Shown here: positions 10,301-18,586 of the stretch, piece after piece | Position numbering within the stretch: the first letter of the stretch is position 1 | Layout of the letters: each line of letters begins with the position of its first letter | Source of the DNA: Gemmatimonadota bacterium | GTDB taxonomy: Bacteria; Gemmatimonadota; Gemmatimonadetes; Longimicrobiales; Gaopeijiaceae | Assembly (NCBI GenBank): GCA_039589315.1 | Contig: JBDHHQ010000043.1 | Location: 63,785-127,784, forward strand | Direction of reading: 5' to 3' | Length of the DNA: 64,000 nucleotides | Translations under genes and position numbers: made by a program | The notes under the pieces: model-generated | Seen by the model: the letters and a program-made list of their open reading frames with translations, nothing else | What the model was told of the DNA's origin: nothing | Database searches by the model: none

Positions 10301-12730
10301 ATGGGCTGGCTCAGGCAGGATTTCGCGTATGCGCTCCGCTTTCTCGGCAAGCGGTGGGGCGTCTCCACGGTGGCCGTGGTCGTCATGGCCCTGGGCATCA
10401 GTCTCACGGCCACCATGTACGCCATCATCAAGGGCGTCGTCCTCAGCGGCCCGGACTACCCGGATCTCGAAGAGGTCATCTACGTCCAGACCACCATCCC
10501 GCAGAGCCAGTTCAACCAGTCGGTCCGGATCCACGACTACCTGGACTGGAAGGCGGAGCAATCGGTCTTCTCGGAGATGGCGGCGTACTTCGGTACGGCC
10601 GTGAACCTGTCGGGAGACGACACACGGACGGAGACGTATTCCGGCTCCCGTGTGAGCGCGAGCACCTTCGACCTGTTGCAGGAGCGGCCGCTGCTCGGAC
10701 GCGTGTTCACCGAGGCCGAGGACCTGGTCGAAGACCAGAACATCGCCATCCTGGGCTATCACGTCTGGGTCAACCGGTACGACCGGGACCCCGACATCAT
10801 CGGCAAGACGATCCGGGCGAACGCCCAGCCTACCACGGTCATCGGCGTCATGAATGAGGGCTTTCGCTTCCCCGAGCTTCACGACGTGTGGCTGCCGCTT
10901 GGGATCGACCCCGGGGCACTGGAGCGCCGGGAGGGCCCCGGGCTGCAGGTCATCGGCAGGTTGGGCGATGGCGTGACCCAGGACGAGGCCCTGGCCCAGC
11001 TCCGCACCGTCGCGGGACGCCTCGAAGAGCAGTTCCCCGAGGCGAACCGAGACATCGTCCCGGTGACGGAGCGCTGGATGGACGCGGTCTTCATCGACGA
11101 CGAGACACGAGGGCTCCTCTATACCATGTTCGTCGCCGTGCTCGGCGTACTGCTGATCGCCTGCGCCAACGTCGCCAACCTCCTCTTCGCCGTCACCAGC
11201 GCCCGCGGCAAGGAGCTGGCCATTCGCACGGCGATGGGAGCAGCCCGAAACCGGGTGTTCCGTCAGATCCTGGCCGAGACGCTGGTTCTGGCGTTGGGAG
11301 GCGCGGTCCTGGGTCTGGTGCTATCGAAGTTCTCCCTGGACCTGTTCGACCGTGTCGTCACGGGGCTGGGGCCTCCGCCGTGGATGGTGTTCGAGCTCAG
11401 TTCCGGCGTGATCCTGTTCGTGGTGGGCATCACCTTCGCCGCGGCCGCCCTGTCAGGATTCCTGCCGGCTGTCCAGGCCACCCGGGGCGACGTCCACGCC
11501 CTGCTGCAGGACCAGGCCCGGGGAAGCTCCAGCCGCGCCGTCAGCAGATGGTCCACGTCGCTCGTGGTGGTCGAGGTGGCCCTGTCTTGCGCCCTCCTCG
11601 TGGCCGCCGGACTCATGGTGCGGAGCACGGTTCAGGTGGGACAGGCGGATCACGGCATCGACCGGGAGGGCATCCTGACGGCCCGGTTGATTCTCCCCGC
11701 GGCCACGTACACCGACTCGATCGCCCGGCGGCAGATGGCCGACCGGATTCTGCGGGAGGCACGCGTGATCCCCGGGGTCACCGAAGCCGCGGTGAGCTCT
11801 GCTCTACCCGTGATGGGCACCGCCCTCCGGTTCTACGGCGTGCGAGACCGGGACTACGTGGACGACAGTGAGTACCCGTTCGGTGGCTACACCCGCATCT
11901 CTCCCGATTTCTTCGAGCTGCTCGACGTGCCGGTGGTCGCCGGCCGGTCCTTCAACGAAGGTGACGACATCGCGAACCAGCGCGTCGTCATCCTCGACCA
12001 GCGTTTCGTCGAGCGGACGTGGCCCGGCCAGGACGCCCTCGGCAAGCAGGTGCGCCTCGGCCGATCCGACTCGGAGAACCCGTGGATGACCGTCGTGGGC
12101 GTCGTTCGCACCTTCGAGATGCTGCAGCCGCTCAGCTTCGCCGCTCGTCCGCCCGAGGGCATGTTCGTGCCCCTGGCTCAGCAGCCCGTGGGCGGCCTCT
12201 CGGTCATGCTCCGGACCGGGGGGGACCCGCTGGCGCTGGCCACGCCGGTCCGGGAGCTCATGGCTCGACTGGACCCGGACATCCCGGTGAACAGGGTGGA
12301 CTCCCTGGATGAGCACGTGGCCGAGGCCTCGCTCGACATCCGCATCATCGGCGGGATGTTCCTGACCTTCGGGGCCGTGGCCCTGATCCTGGCGTCCATC
12401 GGCTTGTACGCGGTGATGGCATTCTCGGTGAGCCGCAGGACCTCGGAGGTTGGGATCCGCATGGCGCTGGGCGCGGACGGAGTGAGCATCCTCAAGCTCA
12501 TTCTGAGGCAAGGGGCGCGGCCGGTGGCTCTCGGGATCGTCATCGGGTCGGCCCTCGCGCTGTTGCTGGGCCGTGCGCTGGCCACCTTCTTGTACAACGT
12601 CAGTCCCCTGGACCCCCTCACGTTCCTTGGCATCCCGGTCCTGCTGGCCCTGGTGAGCGTGGCCGCGCTTCTGGTGCCCGCGACCCGTGCCGCGGGGATC
12701 GCGCCGGTGGTGGCCTTGCGGGACGAATAG
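10301..12730 (+). CDS. ADOP/MacB-FtsX duplicated ABC permease
   Basis: WLRQDFAYALR; LLIACANVANLL; RTSEVGIRMALGA; C-terminus P.VALRDE. AGGAGG RBS. Confidence 0.93.
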   Translation: MGWLRQDFAYALRFLGKRWGVSTVAVVVMALGISLTATMYAIIKGVVLSGPDYPDLEEVIYVQTTIPQSQFNQSVRIHDYLDWKAEQSVFSEMAAYFGTAVNLSGDDTRTETYSGSRVSASTFDLLQERPLLGRVFTEAEDLVEDQNIAILGYHVWVNRYDRDPDIIGKTIRANAQPTTVIGVMNEGFRFPELHDVWLPLGIDPGALERREGPGLQVIGRLGDGVTQDEALAQLRTVAGRLEEQFPEANRDIVPVTERWMDAVFIDDETRGLLYTMFVAVLGVLLIACANVANLLFAVTSARGKELAIRTAMGAARNRVFRQILAETLVLALGGAVLGLVLSKFSLDLFDRVVTGLGPPPWMVFELSSGVILFVVGITFAAAALSGFLPAVQATRGDVHALLQDQARGSSSRAVSRWSTSLVVVEVALSCALLVAAGLMVRSTVQVGQADHGIDREGILTARLILPAATYTDSIARRQMADRILREARVIPGVTEAAVSSALPVMGTALRFYGVRDRDYVDDSEYPFGGYTRISPDFFELLDVPVVAGRSFNEGDDIANQRVVILDQRFVERTWPGQDALGKQVRLGRSDSENPWMTVVGVVRTFEMLQPLSFAARPPEGMFVPLAQQPVGGLSVMLRTGGDPLALATPVRELMARLDPDIPVNRVDSLDEHVAEASLDIRIIGGMFLTFGAVALILASIGLYAVMAFSVSRRTSEVGIRMALGADGVSILKLILRQGARPVALGIVIGSALALLLGRALATFLYNVSPLDPLTFLGIPVLLALVSVAALLVPATRAAGIAPVVALRDE

Positions 12731-12837
12731 GGGCGGGCGCGGCGCCGGCCCGGAGTCCAGTCGGCCGAGCGGGACCGGCCCCGCGGGAGGGTCGCGCAGC
12801 CGTAGACGCGAGCAGGCCGACGGCGTAAGCTGCGTCC

Positions 12838-13662
12838 ATGTGCCGATGGCTCGCATATTCCGGTGGCCCGATCTTCCTCGAGGACCTGCTGTTCAGGCCC
12901 GAGCACTCCTTGATCGACCAGAGCCTCGAAGCCAAATGGACCGCCAGCACCACCAACGGGGACGGGTTCGGCGTGGGCTGGTACGGCCTTCGGGACTTCC
13001 CTGGCGTTTACAAGGATATCCAGCCTGCCTGGAACGACGACAACCTCCACGCGGTCGCCTCGCAGGTGCGCTCCCCCATGTTCTTGGCCCACGTACGGGC
13101 GACCACGGGCACGCCGGTACAACGCACCAACTGCCACCCGTTTCAGCATCGGGAGTGGCTCTTCGTGCACAACGGGCTCATCGACCACTTCGAGGTCATC
13201 CGCCGCGACCTGGTGATGGCGGTGGATCCGTCACTGTTCATGGCCATCGAGGGCTCCACCGATTCCGAGCTCATGTTCTTCCTGGCGCTGTCCCTGGGAC
13301 TCCAGGACGACCCCATCGGAGGCCTGGAGCGGATGGTGGGACTGGTGGAGGACGTGGCGGCCCGGCACGGCGTCATTCCGTCCATCCAGATGTCGGTGGG
13401 CATGGCCGACGGCAAGCGTCTGTACGGCGTGCGCTACTCGACCGAGGGGGACACCCGCACGCTGTTCCACAGCAAGAGCGTCGAGGCCATCCGGGAGATC
13501 AACCCGGAGCTGGGGCAACGCCTTCCGGAGGAGGCCCGGGCCGTCGTCTCCGAGCCCCTGACGGTCCTGGACGTCTACTGGCAGGAGGTGGCCGAGGCCA
13601 CCGCCGTGATCGTCGAAGACGGGGAGGTCACCGCCGTGCCGTTTCGGCCGCGGATGGACTGA
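12838..13662 (+). CDS. Class II glutamine amidotransferase (EgtC/YafJ/DUG3-like)
   Basis: N-terminal MCR nucleophile, NGDGFGVGWY, AHVRAT, NCHPF, HNG, GSTDSE. Confidence 0.9.
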   Translation: MCRWLAYSGGPIFLEDLLFRPEHSLIDQSLEAKWTASTTNGDGFGVGWYGLRDFPGVYKDIQPAWNDDNLHAVASQVRSPMFLAHVRATTGTPVQRTNCHPFQHREWLFVHNGLIDHFEVIRRDLVMAVDPSLFMAIEGSTDSELMFFLALSLGLQDDPIGGLERMVGLVEDVAARHGVIPSIQMSVGMADGKRLYGVRYSTEGDTRTLFHSKSVEAIREINPELGQRLPEEARAVVSEPLTVLDVYWQEVAEATAVIVEDGEVTAVPFRPRMD

Positions 13663-13716
13663 CGCGCGGGGGCGAGAGCGAGCGGTCCCCTGGGGGCGCC
13701 TGCGCCATCGGTCGCA

Positions 13717-15192
13717 TCAGAGCGCCGATGCCGCGCTTTCGCCGGCGAGCCGTCCGAACACCGCGCCGGACATGAGGCCCGCGCCCCCGGGGTAGTTGTC
13801 GTGGAAGAGGCCGCCGACCATCTCGCCGGCGGCGTAGAGCCCGGCGATCGGCGCGCCGCCCTGCCCCAACACCGCGGTCGTCCGGTCGACCCGAACGCCC
13901 CCGAAGGTGAAAGTGATCCCGCAGGTCACCGGGAACGCCAGGAAGGGCGGCCGCTCGAGGCGGAGCGCCCAGTTGGACTTGGGGGGCATGATTCCGTCCG
14001 TGCGCTTGCCATCGAGCTCACTCGGCCGGAATTCGCCCTCCTGGACCGCAGCATTGTACGCGGCCACGGTCGCCAGGAACCGTCCGCCATCGACGTCCAA
14101 CTGCTCGACCAACCCCTCCAGGGTGTCCGACTCGTACCGGGTGGCGTCGGGACCCGAATACTCCGACCGGAGTAAGCCGGCCACCTGGCCGTCGAAGACG
14201 TGATACGCCACGCCCCCGGGCTGCCGAAGCACCTCCCGGCCATAGCGGGCGTACGTGTAGTTCCTGAAGTCGGCGCCTTCGTCCACGAAACGCCGTCCCT
14301 CCCGGTTGACGATGATGCCAAGGGGATAGGAGTGCTTCTTGTACACGTCACCGGGCTTGTCGAAGTCGCCCACCGGAGGAGCTGCCACGTCCATGGCCAC
14401 CGCGTGGCAGCCCGCCCAGTCGCCCCAGGGCCGGGCACCTACCCCCAACGCCATCTCGAGGCCTTTCCCCGTGTTGAAGCGTGTTCCCCGCACCACCGCC
14501 CGATCCCATCCGGACCCCAGGTGACGCACCCGCATGGCGGCGTCGGCCTCGAACCCGCCGCAGGCGAGGACCACGGCTCGGGCTTCGACTGCCTGCCGTG
14601 AGCCTGCGGAGTCCACCTCCACACCGGTGACGCGACCCGCGGTCCGCGTCAGGCCCGTGGCGGCCGCCTCGTACCGGACCTCGATGCCCAGCTCGTCGCA
14701 GCGCTCGAAAAGGCGGCCCATCAGACCGATGCCGCGCTCTGCCGCGCGCACGACCAATCCGCCCCAGAATCGGAACGTGCCGCCCTCCTCGAAGGCCTGG
14801 TTGTCGTAGATCGGCGCGAACGCCACGCCGTGGCTCGCCATCCACCGGATCGTCCGATACGAACGGGTGGCCAGGAGCCGAGCCAGCGTGGGGTCCGTGT
14901 TGCCGCCCGACGTCCGTACCAGGTCGTCGAGGTACGAGGACTCCGGATAGGAGCCCACATGGAGCCGCCTCGCCTCCTCGTGAGTTACCTGGGGCATCAC
15001 CGCGAGCAAGTCGTCCAGCCCCTGGTAGGCGCAGCGGATGGCTCCGTCGGTGAAGTGCGAGTTGCCACCTCGGTGCTCTCGCGGCGCCGCTTCGAGGACC
15101 AACACCGACCCGCCCTGCTCGCGAGCCGAGATGGCCGCGCAAAGAGCGGCGTTACCCGCTCCTACGACTACGACGTCCCAGGTTCTGTCCAT
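13717..15192 (-). CDS. tcuA: FAD-dependent tricarballylate dehydrogenase TcuA/CobZ family
   Basis: VVGAGNAALCAA, RGGNSHFT, CGGFEA, GITFTFGG, NYPGGAGLMSGAVFGR. Confidence 0.82.
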   Translation of the reverse strand: MDRTWDVVVVGAGNAALCAAISAREQGGSVLVLEAAPREHRGGNSHFTDGAIRCAYQGLDDLLAVMPQVTHEEARRLHVGSYPESSYLDDLVRTSGGNTDPTLARLLATRSYRTIRWMASHGVAFAPIYDNQAFEEGGTFRFWGGLVVRAAERGIGLMGRLFERCDELGIEVRYEAAATGLTRTAGRVTGVEVDSAGSRQAVEARAVVLACGGFEADAAMRVRHLGSGWDRAVVRGTRFNTGKGLEMALGVGARPWGDWAGCHAVAMDVAAPPVGDFDKPGDVYKKHSYPLGIIVNREGRRFVDEGADFRNYTYARYGREVLRQPGGVAYHVFDGQVAGLLRSEYSGPDATRYESDTLEGLVEQLDVDGGRFLATVAAYNAAVQEGEFRPSELDGKRTDGIMPPKSNWALRLERPPFLAFPVTCGITFTFGGVRVDRTTAVLGQGGAPIAGLYAAGEMVGGLFHDNYPGGAGLMSGAVFGRLAGESAASAL

Positions 15193-15302
15193 GGTCCTGC
15201 CTGGGTTGCGTCAGCAGCCAGCTCGTTGCCGCTGCGACGTCGGTGAAGACTTGAGCCTCCAGACCACTCGAAGTGGACCGGTCACACTCGTTTCGACACT
15301 CT

Positions 15303-15809
15303 CTAGAGGACGCCCAGGGCGCGGAAAGGGTCGGCCACCGACAGCGGCCAGTGGAGGCCGAAAAGACTGCCCACTGCCACCAGGAAGGCGCACACGGCCA
15401 CCAACGCCCCGAACGCCGGGCCCCAGGCCACGCCGCCCTCCCGGCGGAGGAACAGCGCCACGAAGATGCCACTCGCCAGCACGAGCCCGATCATGCGGAT
15501 CAGGACGAAGTAGCCGAGTAGCCACACGAGATAGGGCGCGATCCGTCCGAAAGCCACCCTGAGGCTGTCGGCCTCGGTTCCCGGTGCGTGTCCGGTTCCC
15601 CCGGGCATCTCTCGAGCTCCGGGCTCGGCAGGCCCCTCGCGCACCATAGCCCACAGCCCAGCCAAAGACAGCAGCACGCCGAGCCCGCCGACGAACAACG
15701 GATAGATGCGGGCGCGAGGCGGGAAGCCCAGAGATCCCCCGACGACGGCGGTGAAGACCACCAGCAGAGCCAGCAGTCCGGCCAGTCGATCCCGCCGACT
15801 CACGTTCAT
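15303..15809 (-). CDS. tctB: Tripartite tricarboxylate transporter small permease TctB
   Basis: 4-5 TM helices with FPPRARIYP. Its ATG overlaps the tctA stop (ATGA). Confidence 0.8.
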   Translation of the reverse strand: MNVSRRDRLAGLLALLVVFTAVVGGSLGFPPRARIYPLFVGGLGVLLSLAGLWAMVREGPAEPGAREMPGGTGHAPGTEADSLRVAFGRIAPYLVWLLGYFVLIRMIGLVLASGIFVALFLRREGGVAWGPAFGALVAVCAFLVAVGSLFGLHWPLSVADPFRALGVL

Positions 15810-17278
15810 CCTGCCGTCCTCCGGTTGAGGCGGACGCCCAGCGTGGTGAGCACGACGGTGATGATGCCGATCCCGATGACGCCGGGCTCGAGGAGCCACG
15901 ACCAGCCGTACCGGGTCATGGAGATCCACAGATTCCGCTCGATGCTGGCCGCCAGGACGAAGCCGATGAGCACCGGTGGGAGGGGGTAGCCGAGCCGCCG
16001 CAGGACCCAACCCATCAGGCCGATGACCACGAAGGCCACCAGGTCGCCCCAACTCCTGGTGCTCTGGAACGCTCCCGCGAGCATGACCACGAGCAGGAAC
16101 GGGGCCAGTACGGCCGCGCGCACCGTGGCCAGTCTCGCCACCAATCCCGACAGTGCCAAGCAGCCCAGGGCGCCGAAGACGTTGGCCAACGCCAGGGTCC
16201 AGACGATCAGAAGCGTGACGTCCAGGTCGCCGCGGATCATGCGGGGCCCTGGCTGGAGCCCCAGCAGCACCAAGCCGCCGAGGAGGACCGCGGTGGTGCC
16301 ACTCCCGGGGATGCCGAACAGCAGGGTCGGGATCAGGGCTCCCCCCTCCTTGGCGTTGTTGGAGCTCTCCGGCGCGATGACGCCGCGGATGTCGCCCTTG
16401 CCGAAGCTCTCGGCGTTCTTCGACGTCTGAGCCGCCACACCGTAGCTGATCCAGTCCACCACGCTGCCGCCGAGGCCCGGGATGAAGCCCACCGCCACCC
16501 CCAGCACCGCCGAGCGGAACACCAGCAGCCGCTCCCGGATCACGTCCTGGAGGCCCTCCCATCTGCCCCTACCCACCTCGACCGCCTGGGAGCCCGCGAT
16601 GCTGGCCCCGGCGACGAGCAGATCCAGGAGCTCGGGCAGGGCGAACAGCCCCAGAGCCAGCACGACCAGGGGGATCCCGTCGTACAGGTAGAGCTGCCCG
16701 AAGGTGAACCGGTAGAAGGGCGTGGCCGGAGCGGCCCCAATGGAGGCGATCAGGAGGCCCAGCGCCGCCATCAGTCCTCCGCGGAGCGGGTGCTTCCCGG
16801 AGAGAATGCCCACCATGGACAGGCCCAGGAGCGCGAGCATGAACAGCTCCGGGGAACGGAAGGCCAGCACCAACGGCCGAGCCACGGGCAGGATCAACAG
16901 GAGCGTGACCGCACCTACCACTCCACCCGCCATGGACGAGAGGAACGCGGCGCTCAGGGCCCGGGCCGCCTCCCCCTTCCGGGCCAGCGGATAGCCGTCC
17001 ATGATGGTGGCCTGTGAGCCCGACGAGCCGGGGACGCCCAGCAGCACGGACGGGAAGGTGTCGGCGGTGTGGACCACGGCCGCCATGCCGATGAGCATGG
17101 CGATGGCGGGCGCCTGGTCCATGCCGAACACGAACGGGAGGAGCAGCGAGAGGCCCACGGTGCCACCCAGTCCAGGGAGGATGCCCACGGCCATGCCCAC
17201 GACTACGCCCGCCAGCATGAAGGCGAGGTTGACGGGCACGAGGAGCGTGAGCAGCGCCTGCAGGGCCTCCTCAGCCAC
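15806..17278 (-). CDS. tctA: Tripartite tricarboxylate transporter large permease TctA
   Basis: GILPGLG, DGYPLARKGEA, APESSNNAKEGGALIPTLLFGIPGS. Confidence 0.93.
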   Translation of the reverse strand: MAEEALQALLTLLVPVNLAFMLAGVVVGMAVGILPGLGGTVGLSLLLPFVFGMDQAPAIAMLIGMAAVVHTADTFPSVLLGVPGSSGSQATIMDGYPLARKGEAARALSAAFLSSMAGGVVGAVTLLLILPVARPLVLAFRSPELFMLALLGLSMVGILSGKHPLRGGLMAALGLLIASIGAAPATPFYRFTFGQLYLYDGIPLVVLALGLFALPELLDLLVAGASIAGSQAVEVGRGRWEGLQDVIRERLLVFRSAVLGVAVGFIPGLGGSVVDWISYGVAAQTSKNAESFGKGDIRGVIAPESSNNAKEGGALIPTLLFGIPGSGTTAVLLGGLVLLGLQPGPRMIRGDLDVTLLIVWTLALANVFGALGCLALSGLVARLATVRAAVLAPFLLVVMLAGAFQSTRSWGDLVAFVVIGLMGWVLRRLGYPLPPVLIGFVLAASIERNLWISMTRYGWSWLLEPGVIGIGIITVVLTTLGVRLNRRTAG

Positions 17279-17290
17279 GGGGGCCCCTAC

Positions 17291-18361
17291 TCAATCGGCG
17301 CGCTCCGGCAAGCGAACGCCGTATTCCCGGGTGAGAAAGTCGACCAGCCAGGCTGTGGCAGCCGGCGGCATGCGTGACGTCGCGGCGAGGTTCTCCTCCA
17401 CCTGCTCGCCGAGGTAGAAGCTGTACCCCCCCAAGAGTCGCTCGGCGAGCCGGAGGAAGTCCGGATCCTCCACCGCGGCAGCTGCGGCTCGGATGAGCCC
17501 CTGCACCCGCCCGTCCGGTGCGTCCCCATGCACCCAGAGGTTCTTCTGGGCGCTGAACCCGGCCACGAGCACTGCGCGGTATGCGTCCCAAGGGTCTCCA
17601 GACGGCGCACCGCCCCTGCAGGTCCAATAGGCGTCGGCGAGACTGGGCAGCTCAGGGAACACCGGATCGCGGATTACTCGTCCAGTCTCGTCCAGCATGC
17701 CGAAGGTGAAGAGCGGGACCGCCGTACCCTCCTCGACCAAGGGGACCACGTTCGCCAGGTACGCCGGGCTCGTCTGGTAGTCCAGGTTGGTCTCGCCCTG
17801 CTCGAACGCGACGCGAGCAGCTCCCTTTCCGCTGTACCCGAGGATGTCCAGGACATCGACGCCGAGCAGCTCGAACGCCAGCAGCGGCACCATGTCCAGG
17901 CCCGTGGGCGACACGCCGCCGTAGACCAGCAGCTGCTCCGTTTCACACAGCTCCTCGACGGATCCGATGCCGAGCTCGGCCGACGCGTAGACGACTCCGC
18001 CCACCGGCGAGCCCACGATGCCCCGGAAGTCGGCGAAGTCGTAGCGCACCGCCGGCTCGCCCAAGAGCGCGGGGAAGACGTTGGATCCGCTGGAAACGAA
18101 GAGCGAGCGACCGTCCGGTGCGCGTCTCAAGGCGAACACGTTCCCCCCCTGAAGGCCCGAGGCGCCTGGGATGTTCACCACCTGAACGACGAGCGAGTCA
18201 CCCAACTGGCGCTGGAGGAAGGGGGCCAGCGCACGGGCCCACTGATCCGATCCGCCGCCCTCGCGGAAGGGAACGATGATCTCGAGGGTCTCGTGACCCC
18301 CGTCGGCGCAGGAGGGGGTGGCAAGGGCCGCCAGGCACAGCCACAGTGGGCGGAATCGCAC
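17291..18361 (-). CDS. tctC: Tripartite tricarboxylate transporter substrate-binding lipoprotein TctC
   Basis: IIVPFREGGGSD, NIPGASG, APDG, lipobox-like ATPSC. Start estimated. Confidence 0.85.
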   Translation of the reverse strand: MRFRPLWLCLAALATPSCADGGHETLEIIVPFREGGGSDQWARALAPFLQRQLGDSLVVQVVNIPGASGLQGGNVFALRRAPDGRSLFVSSGSNVFPALLGEPAVRYDFADFRGIVGSPVGGVVYASAELGIGSVEELCETEQLLVYGGVSPTGLDMVPLLAFELLGVDVLDILGYSGKGAARVAFEQGETNLDYQTSPAYLANVVPLVEEGTAVPLFTFGMLDETGRVIRDPVFPELPSLADAYWTCRGGAPSGDPWDAYRAVLVAGFSAQKNLWVHGDAPDGRVQGLIRAAAAAVEDPDFLRLAERLLGGYSFYLGEQVEENLAATSRMPPAATAWLVDFLTREYGVRLPERAD

Positions 18362-18586
18362 GTTGCGTGAGGGTCTCCGGGGTGAAGAGGGACGGCGTGC
18401 TACCGGGACGTCAGCAACGATAGGCAGGCGGGACCTCGAACGGCAACGATCCTGTCGAACGGCCTCTCGGGCGGTGTGGGGCCGGCCTGGCCGGACGCCA
18501 TGGCGATCCACCTACGAACCGTGGGCGAAGCGCGGTGCCACGGGTAACGGCGGACCTTCGCCCGGACGATAACTCGGGCACCCAGC

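Noticed and set aside
15303..16562. Long N-terminal extensions in the ORF track (also hemE, hemH, hemC, the amidinotransferase and cytochrome 39479-41239)
   Set aside because: These are GC-driven open frames overlapping upstream genes. Starts were reassigned from stop/start overlaps and RBSs.
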